A stretch of DNA of 64,000 nucleotides from Acidimicrobiia bacterium (lineage in GTDB: Bacteria > Actinomycetota > Acidimicrobiia > Spongiisociales > Spongiisociaceae), in NCBI GenBank assembly GCA_041576165.1, contig JBFGLM010000021.1:1-64000 (forward strand), written 5' to 3'. Positions 47,547 through 57,436 of this stretch are shown piece by piece; the stretch's first letter is position 1; each line of letters opens with the position of its first letter. The notes below the pieces were generated by a model. That model was not told where the DNA came from, ran no database searches, and saw only the letters and a list, made by a program, of their open reading frames with translations. Position numbers and translations under genes: made by a program.

Positions 47547-49046
47547 ATGAAACCATTCAGTCGGATCCGGCGCAAAGCCGGTAACAGCAACAGGCGGCGG
47601 CTAGGCATCGTATTGCCAGTGGCGCTGGCGTTTTCCGTGTTCGTCTCGGGCATCGCGCTGGCGGACAACGTTCAGAACAACGTCACCGTGGGCGGCAACG
47701 ACACGTTTGTGGCCGGTGGCTCCACCAGCATCAGCTACCGCATTGTGGCGACCAGCGGCGATGGGCAAACCGGCTGCAACGCCAGCGACGGCAGCCCTGC
47801 AGTCGTGACCATCAACACGCCCGCGGGCGTCACCGCCTCGCCGAACCCGCTCACCTTCAACGCGTGCAGCACATTCCAGCCCACGACGTTCTCTAGCTCC
47901 ACGCCCGGCAACTATTCGATCACGGTGTCGGTATCCGACCCAGGGCCCGGCACCTACAACACGAGCCCGGCTGCTTTCACACTCAAAGTGCTGGCGCCGC
48001 CCGACACCACTCCGCCGGTCATCTCGTCCAACGTGTCGGGCACGCTCGGCGACAACGGCTGGTACACCAGCGACGTGAATGTGTCGTGGTCGGTCAGCGA
48101 CCCCGAGTCGGCGATATCTTCGACGAGTGGTTGCGGTCCGGCCACCATCAGTGCCGACACGGCCGGGCAGTCGTTTACCTGCACGGCAACGAGCCTCGGC
48201 GGCACCAACACGCAGTCGGTGACGATCAAGCGCGACGCCACTGCTCCGACGATCAGCGGTTCGGCCTCGCCGGCCCCCAACGGCAGCGGCTGGAACAACA
48301 CCGACGTCTCGGTGAGCTTCACCTGCGCCGACAACCTGTCCGGCGTCGCTTCGTGCGGACCGAACCAAAGGCTCGGTGGTGAGGGCGCCGGTCAGTCCGC
48401 CTCCGGCACGGCAGTCGACCATGCCGGGAATTCGGCCTCGGACACCGTGAGCGGGATCAATATCGACAAGACCGCTCCGAGCGTGTCGGTCACCGGCGTT
48501 GCCAGCGGGGCCACCTACACCCTCGGCTCGGTGCCGGCGGCCGGATGTGACACGTCGGACAGCCTGTCCGGCGTGGAGACAGCCGCCTCGTTGTCGCAGT
48601 CCGGTGGGCCGGTCGGATCGGTCACCGCCACGTGCAGCGGTGCGCTCGACAGCGCAGGCAATGCCGGCCCTTCGGCCAGCGTCACCTATTCGGTGAACTA
48701 CAGCTGGAGCGGATTCCTGCGTCCGGTCGACAACCTGCCGACCATCAACGTGGTCAAGGCCGGCACCGCGGTTCCGGTCAAGTTCAGCCTCAGCGGCAAC
48801 CACGGACTTGACATCTTCGCCGCCGGTTGGCCGAAGTCTGTGGCAGTCCCCTGCGACGCCACGGCGCCGGCCGATGCGGTCGACGAGATTGCGACCCCCG
48901 GGAGCAGCGGCCTCTCTTACGAGGCTTCGAGTGATCAGTACACCTACGTGTGGAAGACCACCAAGACGTGGAGCGGCTGCCGCCAGCTCCAGGTGAAGTT
49001 GGCCGATGGCCAGACGTACATGGCGACCTTCCGCTTCACCAAGTAA
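47547..49046 (+). CDS. secreted Ig-like repeat protein with C-terminal PxKF domain
   Basis: Signal peptide; S/T-rich beta repeats (DTTPP, GW..TDV.V, ID.TAP); C-terminal SGFL.PVD...AG..VPVKFSL...Y.YVWKT; GGAGGAGG RBS. Confidence 0.82.
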   Translation: MKPFSRIRRKAGNSNRRRLGIVLPVALAFSVFVSGIALADNVQNNVTVGGNDTFVAGGSTSISYRIVATSGDGQTGCNASDGSPAVVTINTPAGVTASPNPLTFNACSTFQPTTFSSSTPGNYSITVSVSDPGPGTYNTSPAAFTLKVLAPPDTTPPVISSNVSGTLGDNGWYTSDVNVSWSVSDPESAISSTSGCGPATISADTAGQSFTCTATSLGGTNTQSVTIKRDATAPTISGSASPAPNGSGWNNTDVSVSFTCADNLSGVASCGPNQRLGGEGAGQSASGTAVDHAGNSASDTVSGINIDKTAPSVSVTGVASGATYTLGSVPAAGCDTSDSLSGVETAASLSQSGGPVGSVTATCSGALDSAGNAGPSASVTYSVNYSWSGFLRPVDNLPTINVVKAGTAVPVKFSLSGNHGLDIFAAGWPKSVAVPCDATAPADAVDEIATPGSSGLSYEASSDQYTYVWKTTKTWSGCRQLQVKLADGQTYMATFRFTK

Positions 49047-49062
49047 GCCTCCCCGGAGCCCG

Positions 49063-49117
49063 AGCGCCGGCGGATCCGGCGCTTCCCCACCGGGGGCGGG
49101 TGCCCAGCCCGCCCCCG
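49063..49117. terminator. two hairpins between convergent genes
   Basis: AGCGCCGG/CCGGCGCT (49063-49083) and CGGGGGCGGG/CCCGCCCCCG (49091-49117). Confidence 0.55.
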
Positions 49118-49128
49118 CCCGCGTGTGA

Positions 49129-50559
49129 TCAAACCCGCGAGTCGAGGAACTCGTAGAGCGCCACGGTGTCGATGTCGGCGGTCGCGCGGATCGAGACCAA
49201 TGTCGGCTGCTCGTGCAGAGACGGCCATACCTTGCTCTGCCAGCGAGCAGCGAGCTCCTTACTCGGATGACGGCAGCACGCCGGGTCGGGGCAGTTGGAC
49301 GTAGCGTGCAGGTCGGTGTCGCGCCCACGGAGATAGCGCGACCCCTCGAAGTCGGTCCCCACCGTGACCGCATGCTGACGGAGGTCGTCGACCAGCACGT
49401 GGCTGGTCTCGAAGAACGTTCCGGCGGGGGTGTCGAGAAACTGACAGTGCAGGCCGTAGCGCTGATCGGATGCGAACACTGCGCGGCCACCCCAATGCCG
49501 GCACAAACGCTGACCGACGATCACTCCGTCCTCATCCTCGGGCAAGCCAATGCCATCGTTCGACCAGGCACGCCAGATCGTGCCCTCGCGATCGGAACGG
49601 ACGTAATGGATGCGGACCCCGAGATGGCGGGTGATCAGGTTTGAGAATCGGTGCGCCGCCATGGCGTAACCGACGTAGAAGACCTCCTTGACGTCTTCGA
49701 TGGCCAGATCGCGCCGCGCGTGGGCTTCTCGGAGCATCATGACGGCGGCTGATTCGGGGACCAGCACGGCCCGGGCGAAGTAGTTGGCATGAACCCGCTG
49801 GCGGATGAACTCCTCGTGCGACTTCGGATCCTCGTGGCCGAGGACGAAGTGACCGAGCGTGCGCAGGATCACGGTCCGCGCTTCGCGGGTGCGGAGTGCA
49901 TCCCGCTGGGGAATGTAGATCCGCCGTCGTTCCAGGTCGGTGATCGACTGCAGCGATTCCGGCACGTCGGCGTCCTGATGAATCTCGAAGCCTGCATGCT
50001 TGGCAAGGGCGGTGAGCAGAGCCTGGGGGACTGCCCCCTGTCCCGGGTAGTCGACCGCGGTGAGGAGGCCGGCTGCCACGTCTTCGATCTCCGGGAGATA
50101 GTTGTCCACGGCCTCCAGTTCCCGCCGCAGCGACACGTTGGCCCGCCGAGCCGACTGGACCGAGCCGCCGGCCTGAGCCGATGCCTGCTTGAGTCGCTCG
50201 TACAGGGCCAGGATGTGGGTGATGGCGGTGTCCGACAGTTTGGCGTATGGCTTGAGATGGGGAAGTCCAAGGGCCCGATACAGCGGCTCTTCCTGGGCTC
50301 GGAGCAGGGTGACCTCCAGCTGGGCCCGCGGATTGGGCGGCTCGGCCGTCAGCAGGTCGGCGGTGGTCGTCCCCAACGCCTCGGCGAGTCGGGTGATGAG
50401 GGAGATCCGCGGTTCCCGCTTGCCGTTCTCGACCAGTGAGAGGTACGGCGCGGGGCGGTCGACCCGGCTCCCCAGTTCTTCGAGCGTCAGTCCCGCCTGG
50501 CGGCGCCAGTGGCGTAGGCGCTGACCGAACAGCAGCGGATCGAAGCTCACCTGATCCAT
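49129..50559 (-). CDS. ramB: XRE-family regulator, RamB/PrpR (ScfR)-like
   Basis: N-terminal HTH (GQRLR..R...GLT..EL...YLSLVENGKR), ANYFA..L.P, C-terminal Cys cluster CPDPACC; divergent from isocitrate lyase. Confidence 0.78.
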   Translation of the reverse strand: MDQVSFDPLLFGQRLRHWRRQAGLTLEELGSRVDRPAPYLSLVENGKREPRISLITRLAEALGTTTADLLTAEPPNPRAQLEVTLLRAQEEPLYRALGLPHLKPYAKLSDTAITHILALYERLKQASAQAGGSVQSARRANVSLRRELEAVDNYLPEIEDVAAGLLTAVDYPGQGAVPQALLTALAKHAGFEIHQDADVPESLQSITDLERRRIYIPQRDALRTREARTVILRTLGHFVLGHEDPKSHEEFIRQRVHANYFARAVLVPESAAVMMLREAHARRDLAIEDVKEVFYVGYAMAAHRFSNLITRHLGVRIHYVRSDREGTIWRAWSNDGIGLPEDEDGVIVGQRLCRHWGGRAVFASDQRYGLHCQFLDTPAGTFFETSHVLVDDLRQHAVTVGTDFEGSRYLRGRDTDLHATSNCPDPACCRHPSKELAARWQSKVWPSLHEQPTLVSIRATADIDTVALYEFLDSRV

Positions 50560-50586
50560 AAAAAGGCCCCCGAATCGTCTCATCTC

Positions 50587-50671
50587 GAAAGATAGTCGAT
50601 TCTTTCTCCCAAATATCCTCGGATTTGGCATGTGGCCGGCAAAGAATGCCGAATAGATCGCAATCTTCGCC
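50587..50671. promoter_or_regulatory. inverted repeats in the ramB-aceA divergent promoter (candidate operators)
   Basis: GAAAGA-N8-TCTTTC (50587-50606) and GGCAAAGAATGC-N10-GCAATCTTCGCC (50638-50671, 10/12 match) in an AT-rich spacer. Confidence 0.55.
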
Positions 50672-50682
50672 GTGGAGGACAC

Positions 50683-51966
50683 ATGCGGACGGACTTCGAT
50701 AGCCAGGTACGGGCGCTCGAGCACGATTGGCAAACCAACCCCCGCTGGGCGGGAATCGAGCGACCGTATTCGGCCGAAGACGTGATTCGGCTGCGGGGAT
50801 CGGTACGGGAGCACATGACCCTCGCCGACCGGGGAGCTCGCCGGCTGTGGGAGCTGATGGAACAACGCCCGTATGTGAACGCGCTGGGCGCCCTGACCGG
50901 CGGGCAGGCGGTGCAGATGGTGAAGGCCGGCCTCGAGGCCATCTACCTGTCGGGCTGGCAGGTGGCCGGGGATGCCAACCTGGCCGGACAGGTGTACCCG
51001 GACCAATCGCTCTATCCAGCCAACAGCGCCCCAGCCCTCGTGCGGCGGATCAACAATGCGCTCCAGCGAGCCGACCAGATCCATTGGGCCGAGGGCGCCG
51101 GCGACGAGACGGACTGGTTCGCCCCGATCATGGCCGATGGAGAAGCGGGTTTCGGCGGCCCGCTCAACGTGTTCGAGCTGACCAAGGAATTCATCCGGGC
51201 CGGCGCAGCCGGAATCCATCTGGAGGATCAGCTGAGCTCGGCCAAGAAATGCGGCCACATGGGCGGCAAGGTGCTGGTCCCCACCCAGCAACACATCCAG
51301 ACGCTGGTGTCGGCCCGCCTCGCAGCCGACGTGATGGGCGTGCCCATGGTCATCGCATGTCGCACCGATGCGCTGTCGGCGACGCTCCTCACCTCCGACG
51401 TGGACGAGCGCGACCGGGAGTTTGTGAGCGGTCAGCGCACCGCCGAGGGCTTCTATCACGTGCGCAACGGCCTGGAGTCGCCGGTGGCCCGAGCACTCGC
51501 CTACGCGCCATATTCGGATCTCATCTGGTGTGAGACCTCGACACCGGATCTGGAGGAGGCCCGCCAGTTCGCCGAAGCGATTCACAAGGAGTACCCGGAA
51601 AAGCGGCTGATGTACAACTGCTCGCCGTCGTTCAACTGGAAACGTCACCTGGATGATGAAACGATTGCCCGGTTCCAGGGCGACCTAGGGGATATGGGCT
51701 ACGCATTCCAGTTCATCACCCTGGCCGGGTTCCATGCGCTCAACGAGTCGATGTTCACCTTGGCGTCGGGGTACCGGGAGTCACAGATGACGGCCTACGT
51801 CGAGCTCCAGGAGCGTGAGTTCGCGATGGAGTCGGCCGGTTACACCGCTACCAAGCATCAGCGCGAAGTCGGCGCGGGATACTTCGACGACGTGGCTACA
51901 GTCATATCAGGTGGTACGGCCTCGACCCTGGCGATGGTTGGCTCAACCGAAGAGGATCAGTTCTGA
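50683..51966 (+). CDS. aceA: isocitrate lyase
   Basis: [19 protein letters not shown]...[30 protein letters not shown]. Confidence 0.98.
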   Translation: MRTDFDSQVRALEHDWQTNPRWAGIERPYSAEDVIRLRGSVREHMTLADRGARRLWELMEQRPYVNALGALTGGQAVQMVKAGLEAIYLSGWQVAGDANLAGQVYPDQSLYPANSAPALVRRINNALQRADQIHWAEGAGDETDWFAPIMADGEAGFGGPLNVFELTKEFIRAGAAGIHLEDQLSSAKKCGHMGGKVLVPTQQHIQTLVSARLAADVMGVPMVIACRTDALSATLLTSDVDERDREFVSGQRTAEGFYHVRNGLESPVARALAYAPYSDLIWCETSTPDLEEARQFAEAIHKEYPEKRLMYNCSPSFNWKRHLDDETIARFQGDLGDMGYAFQFITLAGFHALNESMFTLASGYRESQMTAYVELQEREFAMESAGYTATKHQREVGAGYFDDVATVISGGTASTLAMVGSTEEDQF

Positions 51967-52194
51967 TTCCACCCGCCTGAGAATGCTGCTTGTGCTCCGC
52001 CCGGCGGGATTCGACAAACGAGGGGGCGTCCTGTGGTCATGAATTTCGGGTCTGAGTGTCGTTGTTGCGCGCCATCGTGCCAGTCGCGCATCCGACGGCC
52101 CGTGCCCATCGGCCCGCAGGTAGATTCCCCACCACGCTCCTAGACCAGAAAGGCGGTCTTCGTCACAATGGCAAAATCCGAACAAGGGGCAGAC

Positions 52195-53253
52195 ATGGCG
52201 CACATCGTTCATGTGGTCGGTACCGGCACGATCGGTGAACCCTTGATCGGCTTGCTGGCCGATCACAAGGAGGACTTCGGGATCGACGAGGTCACGTTCC
52301 ACAAGCGAACGCCCCTGGTGGAGGAGCGGGCCAAGGTGAACGACCTGATTCGACGTGGCGCCCATCTGTCGGTCGAGCAGGATCGCTGGAGCTCGTTCGA
52401 AGAGCTGGGCCACATACCCAAATACGAGGCGCGCGAGGCGATTGACCGGGCCACCGTTGTCATCGACTGCACACCCGCAGGTAACGAGAACAAGGAAGCC
52501 TTGTATGCGCACGCAACCGGCCCCCGCGGGTTCATGGCCCAGGGGTCCGAGTTCGGCTTCGGGAAGATGTATGCCCGCGGGATCAACGACTCCGCCTTGG
52601 ACCGCGCCGACGATCGATACCTGCACATTGTCTCCTGCAATACCCACAACATCTCGGTCCTGATCAAGACGCTGGGCATGGATCCGGATGGCACCAACCA
52701 CCTGACCGATGGGCGATTCATGTGCATCCGCCGGGCCAACGACATCAGCCAGGACGCCGGCTTCGTTCCGAGCCCCACAGTGGAACGTCACAAGCTCGAG
52801 CGGTTCGGCACCCATCACGCCCGCGACGCCCACGATTTGTTCAAGACCATGGGCTATGACCTGAACCTGTTCTCGTCGGCGGTGAAGCTGAACACCCAGT
52901 ACATGCATGCCCTGCACTTCAGTCTCACCCTCGACCGCGAGATGACGGTCGACGAAGCCGTTGAGCGCCTCATGGGCAACACCAGAGTCGCGATCACCAC
53001 CAAACGGTCGGCCAACAAGATCTTTTCGTTCGGTCGTGACCACGGCTACTACGGCCGCATCCTCAGCCAGACGGTCATTCCCACCGATACCCTGACCGTG
53101 CGCAACGGCAACGAGCTGGTGGGCTTCTGCTTCACACCCCAGGACGGCAACCCGATGCTCTCGACGCTGGCCGCCACGTTGTGGTACCTGCATCCCGACG
53201 GGTTCGAGGAGCGCATCGACGTCGTGCGTCCGTATTTGTTTCGGGAGATCTAG
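52195..53253 (+). CDS. archaeal-type (class II) GAPDH-like dehydrogenase; substrate unknown
   Basis: VVGTGTIG, VIDCTP.GNENK, AQGSE, IVSCNT (catalytic Cys), RRAND, THHARD, YMH. Confidence 0.75.
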   Translation: MAHIVHVVGTGTIGEPLIGLLADHKEDFGIDEVTFHKRTPLVEERAKVNDLIRRGAHLSVEQDRWSSFEELGHIPKYEAREAIDRATVVIDCTPAGNENKEALYAHATGPRGFMAQGSEFGFGKMYARGINDSALDRADDRYLHIVSCNTHNISVLIKTLGMDPDGTNHLTDGRFMCIRRANDISQDAGFVPSPTVERHKLERFGTHHARDAHDLFKTMGYDLNLFSSAVKLNTQYMHALHFSLTLDREMTVDEAVERLMGNTRVAITTKRSANKIFSFGRDHGYYGRILSQTVIPTDTLTVRNGNELVGFCFTPQDGNPMLSTLAATLWYLHPDGFEERIDVVRPYLFREI

Positions 53254-53346
53254 GGGCCTAATAACGCGCCTGTCCTGCCGACACGCCCGCGCAAATCTCG
53301 GTGGCGGTGCCAGTAGGCGAGGAGGCCTACGGCGTAGAATCCTGAG

Positions 53347-53622
53347 GTGGACGGGCAGCAGCAGCGCAAGGCACTCACTGCGGCGGAGCGGGCGATCGAC
53401 CGGCTGGTCGACGCTGATGGGCAGGGAGCACGGAGGGCCGCCGCCACCGCGGCGTCGCTCGATCAAATCGGCGCCTTCGCCCGGCTGGAGCACGCGGTGG
53501 GCGCAGCCGCGCAGGATCTCGAGCGGGGCGGCACGGTTTCTGCAGCATCGCGCAACCTTCTGCTGGAAGCGGTCGGTCCGGGGCCGTTGCAGGCCGCGGT
53601 GGAGCGCCTGGCGGTCGCCTGA
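53347..53622 (+). CDS. small helical hypothetical protein
   Basis: Ala-rich helical ORF; GTG 6 nt after TAGAAT. Confidence 0.6.
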   Translation: MDGQQQRKALTAAERAIDRLVDADGQGARRAAATAASLDQIGAFARLEHAVGAAAQDLERGGTVSAASRNLLLEAVGPGPLQAAVERLAVA

Positions 53623-53635
53623 ACGCCGAGTGCCG

Positions 53636-55504
53636 TCAGCTGAGGACGGACGTGCGGAACCGCCGCCCATCAAGGAACGCGGGGCGGGTTTCGACGTGGT
53701 CGATGATGGGCTCGGTGCCGGCCGACATGAAACCGGTCCCCGTACTCAGCTTCACATCCCAGCACGTTCCCGCGTCGCAGTCGATGCGGTAGACCAGATC
53801 CGACAGCCCGTTGGCGTCCACGTCTGCGGTGTGGAAACCGCCGCTACTGGCGGCGCTTGCGAGTGCGGCGTCTGATCCCCAGTAACGCGGCGCGAACACG
53901 TTTTGGGGGGTGGCGATGAGGGCCCGCCAGCATTCAGCCTCGCCGCACTCACCGCGGTACAGAATGTCGTCGCGCCCGTCGCCGTTGAGGTCACCTGTGC
54001 GGAAACCGAATGCCAGCGTGGTGCCGGCAAACCCGGTGGTGTTCCCCCATGACATGCCGCTGGCGAATCCCGCGCCGGTGGATTGCTGGACCCGCCAGCA
54101 TGGGCGCCGCTTGCCGCAGAACCCCCGGTAGACGAGATCGTCCATCCCATCGCCGGTCACGTCGGCCAATCCTATGCCCAGGGCCTCGGTCGATTCGCTG
54201 AAGTATGCGCCATCCCCGGCCGGCGTGGGAGCTGCGAAGCCCGTGCCGGTCGAGAACTGAACCAGCCAGCAGTCCCGACCGTCGCATGCGCTGCGAGCGA
54301 CGATGTCGTCGAGCCCGTCGCCGTTGACGTCGCCTGCCAGCAGCTGGCCGATATCGGCGTAGAAGGGGGGAACCCCCCACTCCTGCACCGGCCCCGGTGC
54401 GGCGCCATCGCTCGGATGGACCAGCCAGCAACGGCCGCCCCCTGCGCATCTTCCTACATAGGCGACGTCGTCCCGCCCATCGCCGTCGAACGCGCCGGTG
54501 ACGATGCCGCGCCGGATGGTCTCGGCCCCGGCCCGGGCGTCTGATGGGACCGTCGTCGGTGCGGCGAACGCCAGCGGGTCGCCGGGTTCCACCGTCCAGC
54601 ACCGTCCCTCGGCACAACTCGTCAACTCGATTGCGTCGTCCCGACCGTCGCCGTCGATATCGGCGACGGCCACCGGAACCTCGCCGCCACATCCGATGCG
54701 GGCAGCACCCACCGCAACGTTGTCGAACACGATCTGCTTGGCGTGCTGCGAGGGCTGCTTGCCGCCGAAGTACACGTTGAACCAGAACGCACTGATCCGG
54801 ATGTGTTCCTCACCCGCCCGCCGGAAAGCCAGACCCCTCTGTTCGATCGCCAACGATTCATCCACCCAGCCCCGCAGCACTCCGTCGTGCTCCCCGGGCG
54901 TGTTGAGATCGATCGCCCCTTCGATGCAATACCAGTCACCGTTGGTGAGGAGCCCGTTGGGCCCCCACGACATGCCCTGTCCGAATCGACCCGGCTGGTC
55001 CAGATGGTATGTGTAGTAGCCGAGCTGGGTGGTGCCCGGTTCCGGTCCGGGACCGAACTGCATGCGTGCCGACCAGCCCGGCCGCTCCTCGGTGGAGGGC
55101 TTGCCGCCGAGGGCGGTTCCGTTGTAGATACCTACCGGTCCGGGCAGCTTGCCGGTGCCTTCCGTACTGAAGTCACCTGCGAACCGGAGGTAGTACCGGA
55201 AATACAGCGTCTCCGGCTGCTCCCCGCGGAACGGGTACGAGAACCGGGTGCCGTAATGAGCGCCGGGCGGGATGGTGACGAGCAAGCCGTTCCCGTCGAG
55301 GCCAATCCCGGGGCCTGCTCGATTCAACGCTCCCGGATACCAGCCGGCCCAATCGGCATGCCAGCCGTCCCCGTCGAATCCCTCCTCGACCGGCGGCTGG
55401 GCCGCAAGGGCGACTTGCGAAATGAACACGACGGCCGCGGTCACCGAAGAGAGAATCATCAGCGCGCGCCGGCTGAAGTCTCTCCCTGGCGTCCGCACTG
55501 ACAT
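53636..55504 (-). CDS. secreted polysaccharide lyase (PL14-like) with FG-GAP repeats
   Basis: Signal peptide; YFRYYLRF, GKLPG, WSARMQF, YYTYH, LNTPG..DG...WVD, YFGG; six D.(D/N)GDG.DD-type repeats. Confidence 0.8.
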   Translation of the reverse strand: MSVRTPGRDFSRRALMILSSVTAAVVFISQVALAAQPPVEEGFDGDGWHADWAGWYPGALNRAGPGIGLDGNGLLVTIPPGAHYGTRFSYPFRGEQPETLYFRYYLRFAGDFSTEGTGKLPGPVGIYNGTALGGKPSTEERPGWSARMQFGPGPEPGTTQLGYYTYHLDQPGRFGQGMSWGPNGLLTNGDWYCIEGAIDLNTPGEHDGVLRGWVDESLAIEQRGLAFRRAGEEHIRISAFWFNVYFGGKQPSQHAKQIVFDNVAVGAARIGCGGEVPVAVADIDGDGRDDAIELTSCAEGRCWTVEPGDPLAFAAPTTVPSDARAGAETIRRGIVTGAFDGDGRDDVAYVGRCAGGGRCWLVHPSDGAAPGPVQEWGVPPFYADIGQLLAGDVNGDGLDDIVARSACDGRDCWLVQFSTGTGFAAPTPAGDGAYFSESTEALGIGLADVTGDGMDDLVYRGFCGKRRPCWRVQQSTGAGFASGMSWGNTTGFAGTTLAFGFRTGDLNGDGRDDILYRGECGEAECWRALIATPQNVFAPRYWGSDAALASAASSGGFHTADVDANGLSDLVYRIDCDAGTCWDVKLSTGTGFMSAGTEPIIDHVETRPAFLDGRRFRTSVLS

Positions 55505-55646
55505 ATGGCTCACAACGTCTAGATCGGCGCCGGAGTTTCCGAACTACAACCGCACGCTCATAAACGCCGGGTGCTATAGGGGTTGCTGGGGGAATGAGGC
55601 AGGAAGTGCTTCAGAACCTGGGTGTGGGCGCCGGTCGGGGGGGAGA

Positions 55647-56027
55647 TCAAGCCAGCTCACCCAGGGCGACGGCCACGATGACGAGCGCAAGCGCGATCAA
55701 CAGACCGGTGCGGACCGTTCCGTGTGAGGTTTCGTCGCCCGCCCGCCGGGCCCGGCCCAGGTAGATGTGCACGACCGCCAGCGCCGCCAGGCCGGCCACC
55801 GGGTGCACCCAGGCCTGGAGAAAACTCTCAGACCAGCCGCTGTCGACGATCCAGAGGATGATGCCGAGCGTGACCTGGATATCGACAGCAACGGCGGCGA
55901 TCGAGTAGGCGGGACTCGATCGTTCCCAGTGCTCCCCCGACCGGGTCGCGACGAAAATGGCCACGATGACAGCCACGAGCGTGACGTACTGCCAACCGGA
56001 GTGCGCGTTGAGTAGGAAATCCTGCAT
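55647..56027 (-). CDS. four-TM hypothetical membrane protein
   Basis: HSGWQY, DIQVTLG, HP...LAVVH; ATG 7 nt after TACTCT. Confidence 0.7.
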   Translation of the reverse strand: MQDFLLNAHSGWQYVTLVAVIVAIFVATRSGEHWERSSPAYSIAAVAVDIQVTLGIILWIVDSGWSESFLQAWVHPVAGLAALAVVHIYLGRARRAGDETSHGTVRTGLLIALALVIVAVALGELA

Positions 56028-56111
56028 AGGCGCCAGAGTACGAACTGGAACCGGTCGGAGCCATTCGGGGGAGCGTTCCTCTTGGTGGCGCAACTGAAGG
56101 AGGTGAGGGAG

Positions 56112-56525
56112 GTGGCACATTCATTGGAGCCACACGTGTGGGTGGCAGACTTTGCAGCTTCGGTCCGCTGGTACCGGGAGGTACTGGGGTTCGCGCCGGC
56201 CGCTTGGTACCCGGACGAGGATTCCGCCACCTGGTGCCAGCTACGGCGTGGCAATGCTTCGGTCATGCTGGCGATCGTGCCCGACCCGGCTGGTCTCGCC
56301 CCGCACCAGCAGTACATGACTGAGCTGGGCCCCAGGGTGCAGGGTGCCGGTGGCCCGCTGTCGCTGTACCTACACGTCGACGACGTCGACGCTGCCTACG
56401 CCACTGCGATCGATGCGGGTGCCGAACCGGTCGAAGACATATGGGACGCATGGTGGGGCGGGCGCCAGTTCACCGTGGCGGACCCGGACGGGAACTGGTG
56501 GTCGTTTTTCCAAACGACAGAATGA
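56112..56525 (+). CDS. VOC family protein
   Basis: V.DF.ASV.WY..VLGF, LYLHVDDVDA, WGGRQFTVADPDGN; GGGAG before the GTG. Confidence 0.9.
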   Translation: MAHSLEPHVWVADFAASVRWYREVLGFAPAAWYPDEDSATWCQLRRGNASVMLAIVPDPAGLAPHQQYMTELGPRVQGAGGPLSLYLHVDDVDAAYATAIDAGAEPVEDIWDAWWGGRQFTVADPDGNWWSFFQTTE

Positions 56526-56635
56526 TCGGCCGGAGGCGGCGCGGCCGGGTGTTGCGAGCAGTTCCTGATGTCGTCGCCCGCTCAGCGGGCCGACCTGCGA
56601 CAATTGGCCGCAAGCGGGCAACCTAAGGAGCAAGA

Positions 56636-57274
56636 ATGTCCAGCACGACATTTGTCGTCGGTCTGGTGATTCTCGTCGGGGCGTTCCTCATTGGCCAGTC
56701 AGTCGCCTACCAGAGAGCCGCCAGGCGCGAACGAATCCAGCAGGCGCTGTCTGCAGCTGCGTCGGTCCTGGTTCTGAATCGGGAGCTTCTGGCCAACGGC
56801 TGGGTGCGCCAGATGCTCGAGCGAACCGCCGCCGACGGGGCGGTGGCCAATCCGACATCACGTCTCACCGGCGAGCGAACCGAGGCCCACCGCATGATCC
56901 GCGACCTGCTCAATGCCATCCAGCTTGCGAAGTTTGCGGTCGATGCCGGGAACGGCCGAGCGAACCACCGGGCCGGCGTCCGGGGCTCGCTGGCCGATGT
57001 CGAAAAGAAGATGGTGACCATCACCAATGCCTGGCAGCGCGGGTTCGGGGCCCAGACCGGTGATCCGGTGGCTCCCGGCGAGCGCTTCGCCGATCGCCAG
57101 GTGCGTCGCGCCAAGCAGCTGGAAACCTCGGCCAAGCATCTACTGGAAGTTGAGCCCTGGGCCGACCGGATGCTGGACGGCATCTACGCCTGGGGAGCGT
57201 CGCTGTCGCAACGCTTGCGGGCGCAGTTCTCCGGCACCCGGATCGACGGTTTGATCCAGGCCGCCGACGAATAA
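56636..57274 (+). CDS. hypothetical protein with N-terminal TM anchor and helical body
   Basis: AAGGAG RBS; hydrophobic N-terminus FVVGLVILVGAFLIG. Confidence 0.68.
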   Translation: MSSTTFVVGLVILVGAFLIGQSVAYQRAARRERIQQALSAAASVLVLNRELLANGWVRQMLERTAADGAVANPTSRLTGERTEAHRMIRDLLNAIQLAKFAVDAGNGRANHRAGVRGSLADVEKKMVTITNAWQRGFGAQTGDPVAPGERFADRQVRRAKQLETSAKHLLEVEPWADRMLDGIYAWGASLSQRLRAQFSGTRIDGLIQAADE

Positions 57275-57436
57275 CAGGGCGATCGAGGTGGCCGGGGAGC
57301 GCCGGCCCGAGCCGGAACCGGCTTCCGCGGTCCCGAGCGCCGGTCGTGATGTGACGCCGAGAACGCGAAAAACGGCTCGTATTCGGCATCTGACGGCAAT
57401 AGATTTGACCTAGCTGGACGCACCGGGTGGGCGCGA

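Noticed and set aside
49129-51648. 839-aa version of the RamB-like ORF
   Set aside because: The extension is antisense to aceA; the HTH begins at ATG 50559.
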